A DNA stretch of 64,000 nt from Balanoglossus misakiensis (taxonomy: Eukaryota > Animalia > Hemichordata), in contig CM082596.2 in assembly GCA_040954595.2 (NCBI GenBank), forward strand, positions 310,001 to 374,000, in the 5' to 3' direction. The notes below the pieces were generated by a model, which saw nothing but the letters and a program-made list of their open reading frames with translations, did not search any database and was not told the origin of the DNA. Position numbers and translations under genes: made by a program. The first letter of the stretch is position 1. Every line of letters starts with the position of its first letter. Below are positions 25,331-38,860 of this stretch, in pieces.

Positions 25331-27489
25331 CAGTAGTAATCGGAAATTACGAACATGAAAACTGGTGATGTGCTATTGCCACTTGGCTTCCATTAACTTT
25401 TTTATCCACATCTGTTTCTTCACACAAAGTTGTTCTCATTCTTCAAGCATGCAATGCATTGACAGACCAAGAAGTGAGCAATTATCTAACACAAAATAAT
25501 TCAACGACCAAACAGAATCACACAGCTGTGTAGCCAACGCAAATGGAATTCCACTTTGGTCACCTCAAACAAAATATTCAATTACAGACATTGTGTAATG
25601 GACTGTCACTCGCCCTTTCATATACAAACATAAACTTCATACAGGTTTGGTGTGCCTATACCATGTTGTCTTGATCGACACTTTTAAATCATTTTTTCAG
25701 CTTTCTAGCTGTCAGTTTCTCTTATTTTAAGAGACCTAGTACTTACCAGAAAAACAAAATCCAACATTATGGTACAGTTGGGTATACCAAGAGATTTACT
25801 TGTTCTGTAAACCCGAGTCAAGTCAATAAAATGCATATCACGTCCACTGTTCCCAGAAAAAACATGAAACATTTCACTTCTAAAAGTGAAATTTGCCTTT
25901 AATCAAAGAGATACTGTAAACCGATTTATGTGTATGTATAAATCTGATACACAGGTAAAGCCTTGTTTTTCATGCATACAATTTAGTTAAATGTATTTTT
26001 CCATACAATTTGCTAATTTAATAAACAGCAAACAGAAATATAGAAGACACGTTGAAATTTGTCAAAGCAAAGTCAAAACATGGCATTCGCACTATGATAT
26101 ACTACTCACCCGCACCTGTTTATTTTTATAGTGCAATCATTTACACATTTATTTCAAACACCTGTTTACTGGCTGAGACATGCATATCCCAATGCTCAGC
26201 AGCAGTGACAGAAGGCAATGTCATCTGTGATATATACCTCTATTAAACTACCTATATATAAATAAGTAAAGCCTGTGCGCCTGGTATTTGATCGTTAGAC
26301 GATAAATCGAAATAACACCTGTTTCTGTTTTCCCCAAAAATTAAAATTTTGAGGATTCGGGAAGGTCAAGTCATATGGTCACTCTATGATCCGCATTTTG
26401 TCACATATTTAATTACCTGAAACGATTGACAGAAACTACAGATCAATTTCATTGGACAATCATGGATTATGTCGAACCACCCATCATGAATCAAGATCTC
26501 TCCCCCGACAATTAAGTAACACAATAAATTCCTGTATATCACCAATGCCTAGATTCCAACGCTGGTTAATTAATGATGGGGGATGTCAGAATGCTTGCAA
26601 ATATAAATTATCTCCACTTGTCCATCTCAAAACTGCATTAATCACATTAGGATCAATGAGTGTCAAATGTTAATTAATGATCAATCGAATGTTGGATGAC
26701 GTTCTAAAAAACATGACAGCGACAAATTCATATACGTATACAACATAGCTTAGAAAAGAGGCTTTTGCTATTTACATTTTTCGTTATGCCTCTATACTTA
26801 ACACTTTAGACATATTTAATTTATCAACCAGATCTATATTCTGATCAAGTCAAACCAAGTTTAATCAAAACACAGGTTTTTGTTTCATTTAACGTGTGGT
26901 GCGCCATCAACGGGCTGATAATGCAACATTGTGATCTTTAAAGTCAGATGCTGACAGTTCATTTAATTTTACCATGTTTTGTAGGATAGGAATGCAAAGT
27001 ACACCTGCCCAAATCATTCTAAACTAATGGTATGAACTTTATAATCAAATCACACCTCGTGATTTTCAAGATTGCTCAAAAATGCAAAAGTTAAAACAAA
27101 CAACCATTGAACATGTGCAGGCTTGAACACTTTTATCACTTACAAAGTTCTCATCAAAGCCGTCTATCATAGATACTGGTAAGAGTGTTTGAAACCTTTC
27201 TCTGGGCGACATGGCGACTTCTTTGTGTGTGCCCTTTTTTAGTCAGGTTGCCAATATTACTGTGCTGTAATAAACACACACGTTAAGACAAAGAATATGC
27301 ATTCTATTCATGTGGCTATGTCAATAAATGCGGGCCTTTAAATGAAACATGATTGTCACATCTTTGTCTATTGGATGTTTGGCACAAACTTTCATGTTTT
27401 ATTTGGCAACTGAATATTTGTAAAGGTTTATGCATTAAAATGTACTTATAAATTCCATTAATGATTAAATTTTGCTTCATTGAAATATT

Positions 27490-28150
27490 GTCATCCCTGA
27501 TCACATATTTGATTGTTGGTGGAAATACAAAAGAAGACCTATTCAGTTTCTCCACATGACACAAAATGAGAGTCGGAAACAGCAAAAACGGATGTTTTGG
27601 CTCCTTCCGGTATTGCATTGTTGGAGAGAGTGGGGTTCAACGTTTGACGGATATTGAAAACCATTAGACGCTTACTTAACTATGTAAGAACGACAATTTT
27701 AAAAGCGGCATCATTTGGATGTCAATTGTTGCAAATTCTTTGACGAACTCTTTCCGGTATTGAAGCATTGGGATTGGAGAAATACACCTTCAATTTACCT
27801 GTCGTTGTGCTGTCGACATGAAAGAGAAGATTTTCAATAAACCTTATCGGCCTTGAGTAGAGCACATTGTTCAATCCAACATCTACGCCACTGCGAACAG
27901 TGGGTTACCATTTTTTGCGCTTGTATTCATTTGCAGTTTTGAGTGGCCTGTGGCAAAATTTGTTTTTGTGAAGTGTGTTCCGTTACACATTGAATACGAT
28001 GAAAGGTGGCAGTGTTGGAATCTATTAACAGCGATATTTTGGGCATTCTACCCACTGCAAACAGTGCAATACTTGCAGGAAAATGGTCAAAGATCACTTG
28101 ATGGTACTTTGGTGTTGCAACATTGCGTGACATTGCGTGCTAATATTTTT
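27490..28150 (+). mobile_element. PIF/Harbinger DDE transposase relic
   Basis: TYLIVGGN..L, FP...IGIGEIHLQF (GAIDGKHI-like), FSINLIGL (27831; FSIVLMAL-like), AFYPLQT...QRSL...LRA (DxAFPL...LSRAR-like). Confidence 0.55.
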
Positions 28151-31100
28151 TCAACTTGGTTTTAAGGGAGTCTTCGCGTGTCTTCAGGACAAATTTTCAG
28201 TGGTGTCATTCAACTATTGGGGGTAGAATACAAATAAAATATCATTATGCAACTGCCAAGTAGATTAAAAATTGTTAGCGAAAGGATCAAACCTACAGGT
28301 AGAGAAATGTTAAAGCATAGCACGTTTCCACATCGATAAGGCATGAGACGGTTTGTAACTTTGGTTCAGATGAGAGAGTATTATAAGATTACCTTAATTT
28401 AGAGAATGATACATAGCGAAAACACTATACATGTTCAGATTCTTTGATGTGGAGAGATCTACCGATGCGAATAAAGATAAAACTCATCTGCAAAGAGTCT
28501 GTAATGACGTGAGTGTGTGTGTGGGCAGAAAGCCTTGGGATTGACTACATTCAACAAGTAATACTTGTATTCAATAAGTACATGCTCTGTTTGTTACAAT
28601 GTATGTATGTGTGAGTGTGTAACATGTATGGAACATGTATGTGCGTGTGTTTTTATGTTATTTGTTATTTATTTCCTTGTGGTTCAACTAATTACATGTA
28701 AGTGTTGTTGACCGAATACGACATCAGAGATTTGTTTTGTATCACACTTCCTATAGAAGGAAATAAACAAGCAACCTGGTAATATATCAAAGACTTGTGG
28801 AGATGTGAACATTATCAAATGCTGCAAGACTTGCCTCGTCTGCTTCGAAAGACGTTTGGAGAGTTTTCGGCGCCAATAATCGACCAAACGATTACGTCTG
28901 GCGGGCAAACCACCCTTGCCAAATACAAAAAAGTGACTTAATAACAGGAATAATAAGGCATGTCTCTTAGAATCAGCCCAGTATCTAATACTGGGGAGAA
29001 AATGAGCGACACCGGTAAGCCACCTGCAGATTTAACAGAGATAAAACGATCTCCTTTGAAATTTGGTCAGCATCTAGCATCTCACCTGCATGCCCGCAAC
29101 GAAACTAGAGTATCAAATTGTTGAAAATTGCACACGTTTTACCCTGTTCACCGCTTCCAACTTAGCCAATCCCGTACTAGCATGCCATTCCATTTTCCTT
29201 AGCAGTATGAAATACACCATCCACGTATTCATTTGTCATACAAGGATTATTATGCACCAACTGAATGTAGGGGTGCATTTATCCTATTTTTCCATACATA
29301 AATGCAGTTTTTATGCAAGAAAGAATGAAAAACACTCCCTCCATTAGTGTAGGTCATTCCCATGCTAGTGTTCAGAGAATATGTATTCCACAGACCAAAA
29401 AAATAGAACTCTGCTAAAACATTCCTTGATTGGCTTTAGGCCATTAAAGACCTTGTCGGAATATAAAAGCCTCATAGAAGGTAAAATGTATGTTGGATTG
29501 GAGTGACAACTGACAGATCCACCAAACATCATTTAGCTGAACAACACAGGGAAACTATGCATACCACATTAGCATTGAGTACCTTTGTTTAAAATGTGGA
29601 TTATCCAAGTCATTGAAGTAAACAATCATAAAAATGGGACTGCAGTAATATAATGAGTTTCTTGGCAGCGTATTTTGCTTTAATGCAGCCAATGTGACGG
29701 AATATGTAAATGAAACCCAAATCCAAATGACAACTGAATCACCTATACACTTTTTGTATGTGCCGATGATAGCTCTATGTTTTGTATGAAGGTTCGTGTT
29801 GTTAATGCCTTTGATTTTTCGCTCGATTGCTTCCTATCCAGCAGCGCCGTTTTAAAGGAAAAAAGAAATTTAGTCGCGGATGCTCAGCTGAGGTTTGCCA
29901 ATACAATTTTACGCTGAAATGATTGTTGCTGATCGGCCGCATCCATCATGCGAAGTTTGATTCTTGAGCCGTAAGTCCCGGCTTCAAATCTACCGTGCCA
30001 TGTAGCCAAGCATCATCGTTACAACACACTCCTTTGCTAGTTCACAGGTTCATGATTTTACTCCCCTATCTTATCTCTCTTCTGGCATTAATGTTTTATC
30101 TTTTTATAGTATGAATTTTGCTAGAGATACATTTTTGTTTTCGAAAGTCTGTAAAATGTGTTTGGTCAGCGACAGTTGTTCTTCGAACTTTAGTGAACAA
30201 CATTTCAGACTTTCTTTAGAATTACTTTGCAATTCAACTCACTAAGCTCTTTCTCCATTCGTATACAGGTCACAACTATGACCTTTACGCTCAGAGTCTA
30301 TTCAGCAAAATGATGGGGGCATTGAGGCTTTATTGGGCCATTATTAATGCATTTATCACACTTAATGTGAGCCATGTCACTCTTCTAAAATTGAACAGAT
30401 GATCTCATACTCTGAGATATTTGGGGGCAAGTGTTAAACATTGACGAATGTACACGGATTTTGCAGTACAACTATGCTTAATGGCTTGCAAGGGGCAATT
30501 AGTCAACGATTGCATGATTAAAATGTCATGTCTACCATCTTAGGTAAAAAGTGTGTGGACGCTGTCAATTTGAATACCAAACTTTTGACAATTGGTCAAC
30601 GTGTAAACTGATGACAACATATATTCACTTATTTAGAAACAGATTTAGAAACAAACAGCATACTTTCAGGAGGCGTTTGATGTTCTTGATGTGAAAACAA
30701 TGCACTATATATGGACGGAAACATTTCACGAACTTAAGTTGCAAAAAGACTAAATCTACATGTAAGTTTTCAATCGTCAAAATATGCATTTCTTACATTC
30801 CATGATTCTGTAAACTTTAACTTCCAATGTCTTTAACGTATTGCAAGTGTTTAACTTAATAAACAGTCACGTCATATATGCTACTAGATAACCACTCGAT
30901 CTCTTGATATTTACGACCCTGCACTGACTTCTTGAAATCATTATGGTTGCAAGTGTGACTGCTCTGCTGCAGGTAGAATTATTTACATTCATGCCAGCGA
31001 ATGCTCTGTCGCCAGTTGAGTAATTTAAGAGGATTATACCAGGCAACGACACATAAACTGAAATTAATGTATGACCAAAGACCAACACATGTTCTCTGAA

Positions 31101-31649
31101 ACACAGTAAAATATACATGACGCAAAACTTCTGACTCCAACGCTGTGAAATGACCCAAACATCGACATAAGGGTGCACTTCAGTGTCACCATAACATCTT
31201 AATATTCAAAAAAGCAATGTCAGGATACGTGATTAATGTTGCAAGTATCCATGTCAGTAAGTATTGAAAAATTCCCTCATGACCGCCACTGTCAGTTGGT
31301 GCAGGGCGTTGTTTCAGGTGTCTTTAAAGTAGAAGAGATAATTAATCGTTATGCCAATCAAAATTAACAAACAATAAGTCAATTTGCCGATTGAACAGTC
31401 AATCAATCATCCACATGTTCTTGTCTTCTTTATTTCATTTTCATTGTGAAATCAGTTTCGCACTATATTTGTCTTGTTACACAGGGAAGTTATGCCTATT
31501 TCTGATAGACATTGGTTTATGCACAATCAGTCCTATGATCATTTTGTTGACACCATGTTCGCTTAAGTATTCTTAGGGTGGTGTACAGGAGTCAGCAATT
31601 AATAATAGCAAATACTCTGTCAAAAGATTAAGATAATTATGTCATTATG

Positions 31650-31930
31650 TCAGAGTTACATATCATTCCACGATGCAAGAAATAATGGTGTTAAGCCTTG
31701 ACAAATTGAAACAACTCAGTCAGTCAAAGATTCATCAATACCCATAATGCAGTTCTATAATCCCCGCCAGGTATTACAGTGCAAATACGGATGTAAGACG
31801 GTGTATTAATTGTCTTCACACGCACAAGTTGATTTCTGAGGACTGCATTACAAGAGATTACGTCCATATAACGCCTACTGGATAGTATTATTACAATTTG
31901 CTGAGGTAATACGTGCCACAAGATACGTGA
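31650..31930 (-). mobile_element. LINE RT-core relic
   Basis: LRNQLVRV...SYIRICTVIPGG (R.Q.V...TGxPQG-like), followed by a decayed FADDTT-like block. Confidence 0.45.
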
Positions 31931-33259
31931 CATGTAACAAGTAATTAAGACATGGATTAGACTTTAATTTTTCGCTTCCAATATGCTTTTTTATTACTTA
32001 TCATTTTCCGTCTACGAGTGTATCATCGTCGATCAACTATAGCGAAACATGTTTTGGTGACTCCTCAGTGAAAATAATTGTATACCACACATGACATCAT
32101 TCCAAGGAATAATATTTAGTCTATGGATTTAATTTTATGGATTCAGATGAAGAAGGTGCAGTGTCTTGCACTTTTCGATAGACTTTCTTGGTTTTGTTGT
32201 GAAATCAATGTGAAAGTTGAGTCAGACTAGCTGTACAACGAATAAGACACATGCCAAGTCGTTATACACGGCAATTATATGAACCTCTTTGATCATAACC
32301 GAACACTGCAAGTCACTCTACAAAACTGAAGACCGAAGAGGGTACTTACAGTTACATCGTAAATAATAACATTCAAAATCAATTTGCAAAGACTGTACGT
32401 GGAAATGATTGACAGCCTTGCTTTATTGATCAAAGTAAAACCTTGTGTTTGAGTTAAAGCTTTGTCATAAAATGGATTATCTATGCTCAATGTTCTCAAA
32501 TTGTCCTTCAAATTTGCTTTGTTACAGCTGAATCACGTTTATTCTTCCAAAGTTTTAGTGAATCAATCTTCTGTATTGTACGTTATCGCCGCTCGTGTAA
32601 CCTTCCGCTAAAGCAGTAAAGGGCAGCATTTGGTACCGGTCCATTAGCAGACACAATTGCATTGGCAACGGATTTTCCATTCATGTCGATAGTAATATCA
32701 AAGGACTTCAAAGCGCGATTACTTCAAGAAATTGTGCTGGAAATTACAGCTACTGATTGGGAAACCCGCCATTAAAGTTGAATCACATACCGTGATTTGA
32801 ACCTTACTCAAGAAAAAGCATTCTCTCTGTAGAACCCCCCACACATTTCAATCTTGAATGAATATAGACCGTTCAGTCAACTCCAACCAACAAAAAACAT
32901 AATCTATAAGCTTAAAAGATGATAAATACCCTAGTTTTGATGCAGTTAGAATACTGAATTAACTTGTTACCCATTGAGAGATTTTTGTCCAAAGTATATT
33001 ATACCAACGTGTATTCTAACAGTTCTTAATATTTATTAAAATTTAACATGTTCAAAATGTGTTCACAAAGCCTACCCTCACACCCGCGACGGCTGCAGAG
33101 TCGTCTTGGGGCTCATTACAGTAAGAGCCACTGTGACGTGGGTCCTTGTAACCATGGCAACAACTGAAGCAAGATTTTGCTCCATACGTAAACTTGACAG
33201 GTAGGATGGTCGGTCGAGAGACAAGCAATTCACAAAAGGGATAAAAAGACGCCGCCCAA

Positions 33260-33580
33260 TATCAGATCCACAAGCCGGTCCTAGATACAAGATTCCAAGA
33301 TGAAATTAATGTACAGACAATTGACATGTCTGTTACCGGATTTGAACCCAGACCAACCTCACCATCTCACGTAGTTACGTAAGCAAGTCTGCGAACAAAA
33401 TCACTATGCCACATCCACAAATATAGTTTGTAATCACTGCCAAAGAGTCTAAATGTCTGGATAAAATCGAGAAAAGTGTTCATCTCGCATAAAAATACTT
33501 TTTCCGTTCCATCAAGATGCAGCTTAGTAGGTGACATGCATAAGTCTGGTCCTGTCATGGGAATACCAATGTCCAGACCC
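33260..33580 (-). mobile_element. CR1-like LINE RT-core relic
   Basis: GIP (~33565), FRLFGSDYKLY (RLFADDxKLY), DL, RW..W..F, YLG (33287-33279). Confidence 0.55.
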
Positions 33581-36500
33581 TGCAGAGCAATGATTGATTA
33601 CGATAACGGAAATTTGTCGTTAAACTAATGAGGTGCAGGACTCATGGGATTTCCAAACTTATCGCGAAAGATGAAAGTCCTGAGAGAATCATTCAAATTT
33701 GCCGGTGTTATCAGTATTTATAACCCAAATTGTTCTTAATTCAATATAAAATTTGGTTTTGAACATCATACAGATAATCTACGATGAAGGGCTTATGATT
33801 CCTAGAGGATGAAAATCTCTGCAACAAAGTACAAAGCTCAAATACGATAGATCCTGAAAGACATATAGAAATTCAAATAAACAGTAATAGAAACAGAAAG
33901 CTGTGACTGCGGTTAGAAGACGAACTCTTGAAGCAGGACTTACTTCCCCTCTACTCTAACTGACGACACTGTGAACACAAGGCCACCCATACAAAGTTGG
34001 TATCACTTTACGACATTTGGCGACAGAAATTTAACAAGGCACTCTCATCATATGCTCAAATAATTGTCGTAAGATTTCAGTTCTGCCTGACTGACTTGGA
34101 GATGCACTCCTGTCATTATCGATGACGTCACTGGTCAAATTGGTCATGTGAATTCTCTTAGTGGTTCTTCCGTGCATCATTGCTTCAATAATAATTAGGA
34201 TACGAAAAAATTGGAATATAGGTTAAGTTAAATATCAGGAAACTTTTTATACAGGCGGGTTTCGTCAAATAATCACTTAGAACATTCGTCTATGTGAATG
34301 CAATGAAACATCTCCCTTTAGGTTTTCTGAAGTATCATGAAGTAGCGCAATCTCTTTCTTGGGTTAAGTCGTACGTAGACAACTCTATCAGTTTCAGTCG
34401 AATGTGAATTTCACTAGTGTCATTCCATTAACAGAATCGAGGCAAATAACCCGCACATCGACATAGAATATTGATTGATAACGATCGACCTCTGCGGGCT
34501 TGCATAGTCCCCATCGCGTCGCAGATCCCAGGCCCACAACAAGCTCAAGGCGATCACCGCACACTCAAACAGGGACCTAATACAAAGATAACATCGGTAT
34601 TGAATAACTGTTTCACACAATTCACAGAATTCGTATTAAACTACAGATAGGCGGGTGTGTGTTGTGTTTGTCTGGACGGACCTATTCGTCTCAGTTAGCA
34701 TGCAGTATGTACCGGTACCACCTGAAAATTGCGCATGACCATGATTCTATGTCTCTACGCATGACACAATGCGCACAAAACAATCTCTAAACGTAAGATC
34801 ACACAGCTAAATAAAACTTATTAAAACGACTATCTTCAAATTCCAAGAAGTGATTTATCTCTGGCAATGACAAAATGCAAGTCTTATCTCTGTTTTGAAG
34901 TATTAGTTTATGAATTGTGTTGACAGAATGTCTGCCTATGCCATGGAGTATTCAAGTTGTTCTAATCAGATATATACATTGTTAAGGAGATAATTACTTT
35001 TCAGCTTGTTTCTTTATCTGTAGTAATTAAGAATAAATATATATCCTGTAGTACATCATACCTAGTTCAATCATTGCATCAAGGAATCGTAACTTTCAGA
35101 TTCTATTGATACGAGTTTGATCTTATCACATGATCCAGTTTCTGAAATACACTGGAGGCTGCATTCTTTACAAAACCAGTAGAAGTACGAACAATGAAAC
35201 ATTTTATTTCAAAAAGATGAACGTTCTCATATGTGAATAACATCATACATTAAACGGCGAAGGTATTATTACTAACCGTTCCATGACTGGGATTCAAGGT
35301 GTGAATGTATGTGTAATCATTTAACTCTGCAGATTACTTGCAAGTCGATCAATATTTAAGAAAGATTTCCGTCTTTATGTTCTATTAATTTGAATTCATT
35401 TGTAATGCGATCATTGCGTTATACTGAACGTACAGAAAACTGGATAGTTTAGCATGCTATAGGGAATAAAGTAAGAAAGAATATGAAAACATTCGTCTTT
35501 TTCCCTTTATAGATCTATACCCTACCCCATCAACACACATGCGTGTGCATCTGCAATTATAGTGTTACTGACACAGTATGTGATCTCCAAGCCATTTATT
35601 TGTATTTCTTTAACTTTTCGATTGCTGACGTTGACCGTTTAAATTGGGGTTAAGGGATTATTACATTCAGGCATCGTCTTGTTTAAACAGCAGGGTTAGA
35701 GCAGGCCACAAGTGCGAACTGCCTGGCGAGATTAAGTTCTGCTGCGGTAAATTCTAACACGGTTTCCGAGTTGACGTGACAATACGCAATAATTGAAGTG
35801 CAAAGAAAGTGTCATCTTATCAAACTAGTCCTTCCAAATAAATGAGCTCAGACAGTGCTGATGAACCGACGCGTTCAATTATGTCGAGGCCATGCTATTT
35901 AACCAGCTTTAGAAGTGAATTGACGATTGGATGTCTCCAACAGAAAACACTGGGTTGCAAGTTAAATTCTGCATGGAAGCTTGCATTCTAGTACAAATAA
36001 ACTAGTACTAGATGGATGTCATGTCACTTACTTTTCCCCTTTTTACATCTAGCCTAACGACGAAGTGATCCCCGAAAGGTACATCTTCAGTGACATTGTT
36101 TCCACTCTATTTTTTTTAAATTTAAAAGTGTAGAAAATGTTAAACCACTGCATACAGTCTATACACAAAATGTTGGTGTGCCTGCATATTTCGTAGAAGT
36201 GTTTAAAACTGTCTTACCTAAGCTTGCCTAGTTGTGGAGTTGGTCAGTGTTCTTAGTTCACGGTTCTTGAAAATTTTGATCTTGATTCAAGTGGTAATCC
36301 ACCGAATGAATCTAGAAATGACACGTGCACACACTGTTACCATCTGAAAGAGAAGACGATGAATATAAGGACTCTGGTCTGTTGCTGTCTCTGCTATCCA
36401 CTCACGTCACAAGCCAGAGAGAAACCTGACGTGCTCATAACTTATTCATGACGTCTTTGTGGCGACTACGATTGACCTATGGAAGTCAGCCTAAACTCGT

Positions 36501-38584
36501 CTCTCCCGGAAGAACGTAAATTTTAAGTTTCTCTGCGAAAAAAGGTGGAAAAGAAACATTCATAAATAGACACAGCTTGAATGATGCTCCCAGAATCTTC
36601 TCGCGAAGTTTAGCAAAATTCCGATGGCGTTTATCTAAGCGTCAGTTCCCTGCTAAGGTAGAGACCAGATACACTCACGTCAAACTGTCGCTGAATATGT
36701 TGTTCGTTTTGATTTTACTTGTGTTCTGTGAAATAACGATGAGTGTGTCGGTGCCAAGAGCATGACATCATCAGAGTTGTTGTTCAACACCTACGGAGTA
36801 TTTCAAAGTTCAAACTCATCGGAGAATGGTTTTAGGATACAAGTGCATGTCGTGAAGTCCGACGCAGAATTCTCAGAAGACGTGTTAAATCAATTGTAAT
36901 TGCAGAGCACCATCGCCCGAGACGATCCACCTGGCGCCCTCAAAATTTTGTAGCTGACCTCAAGAAACTTGTTTCGAGAGCACTTAACTACTGTGAGTCG
37001 TCAACGCGTTGCTGGTCGTATAACAGGACTCAAACAAAGTGTCTGTATTGCAGTTTGAAATTACTCCGGTAAGATTATGTGTGATTTATGAATGTTCCAC
37101 CAATCAGCTGTTTTGACAATGCAGCGTGATAATTTTTGTGTCCTTTACACCAATCAGTTGTTTGGAAGTAGACACGTGACAGATGTAAATTGCCTATAAA
37201 TAACATATCCCAAGTACCATGACAAAACCTAGGTTAGACATCATATATAATGTACAAATTAATAAAGGAGACAAATATTATCTACTGGTATTGTTATAAC
37301 CTATTCATTTTTCTTCCCTGAAAACCATAATACTGATTGTCAGCTAAAAAATTGAGCTGTCGCCAGTTATCATAGAAATGTACCTAAACCGATAACACTA
37401 TCCTTGAAATACTACATGTTATGCAATTAATGTCTGCAGATTTCAATAGAGTTATTTCTGGCCCAGTCTGGCATTAATGTACGGGTAAGTCCGTTGAACC
37501 AGCTTTCACTAACATACAAATGTATATGTGATGTTTTAAGTCGTTTACTACATTGCTGTATTACGCGTCTTTCATTCGACTTTTTAAAGGCGTTGTAGAT
37601 GTAATAACACAACCGAACAACAGGAAATTGCAACTAAACTGAGATGGTCTGTAAAAACAAAAGTGTTCCTGCAACCTCATAAATGGTGTGCTTAAACTAG
37701 ATAAGTTTCTTCTTGTAACCATGGCGATTGTTACATTTAATGCTCACGGGCACAAAATTTCTTGCAACGACAGATATCAAAGTCTGTTTTAAATTTATTG
37801 TCTTTTCAAATTAGGTACGTAACTTCCTGTAGAACAGACGAATTTCCACGAGTCACATTTCATGCAGCAATGCAATTCGCAAAATAGTCACTTGTGGGTA
37901 GTATTTACTGCAAATGCGCTAACAACATTGTTCAAATTACTGGAGTACGATAAACGTAATTAATTATATATATGTAAACATATTTCAGTGATGAGATAAA
38001 TTGTGCATGCACTGTCACAAGAGACTCTAAATTAATTATCAAAATGACAACCATTGAATTCTTAATGGTTGGAAATGGTGATATCATCATCATCAGATCA
38101 ATTATCAGATGTTACATGTGATCACTAATGATAAAGTGTTATTCTCGCGATTCAATGGAAATTCACTTTAATACAAATTTACTGAATTTCGCCGACTGTA
38201 TGGAACTCAAATTGTCATGTATTTGAAGGTCAAGGGTTACAAAACTAGATATTTGCATAATTATATTAGACCCCGGGAGTACATGTATTGTCAGATGCAT
38301 TTAACAATAATTGGCAATTCTTAGATTAAAACCTGACAGGCGTAACGTCCGATCTAATGAGTTTGATTTATAGACTTAGGCTGAAGGTTCAAAAACTTTG
38401 AAATGATAATTGACCATCCTACTTTTCGGTCAAAGATGAAAGAGATCAATCAGTATAAGAGTAAAAGGGGTGACATGGTCATGGACAGAAAGCAAGATTA
38501 GAAATGTTCGTGGAAAGGCACATAGAGGAGAAATGAGTGAAGAATAAGGAAAAATAATACAAGGAAAGGAAGTGAGAGAAGTGA

Positions 38585-38860
38585 CAGAGTCCTATATACA
38601 ATATCACAAGCCTTTGACAGCAAACACATTAAGCCATTTGATAGCACCTTCTCGCCCAGGCCTCCATAAGGCCATGAACATATATTCCAGGCAAGTTTAG
38701 TTAATTCTAAATGGTGTGTGCTCTCGCATCCTTGTGTCAAGTGAGTGTATGTTGTCCATTAATTAATACACGCAGTGTTATTGAAATGACTAATGCGAAC
38801 ATCGCTGAAAACTGTGGGTGATATTGAGAAGATTGTTACACACTGAAGAGATGGGTCAAC
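38585..38860 (-). mobile_element. LINE RT relic
   Basis: SISP, QH, QGCESTHHL, LLSKACDIVYRTL (DLSKAFDxVxHxxL-like). Confidence 0.5.

Noticed and set aside
33330-33415. tRNA/SINE-like A box (TGGCATAGTGA) and B box (GGTTCAAATCC) on the minus strand
   Set aside because: No cloverleaf; the same bases fit the colinear LINE RT motifs between RLFADD-like and YLG
33944-34660. TATA box (minus, 34251-34243), GC boxes and donor GAA|GTAAGT suggesting an alternative first exon
   Set aside because: Such motifs are frequent by chance in AT-rich DNA, and the GC-rich patch at 34420-34620 reads like a LINE relic (IRSLFECA...W)
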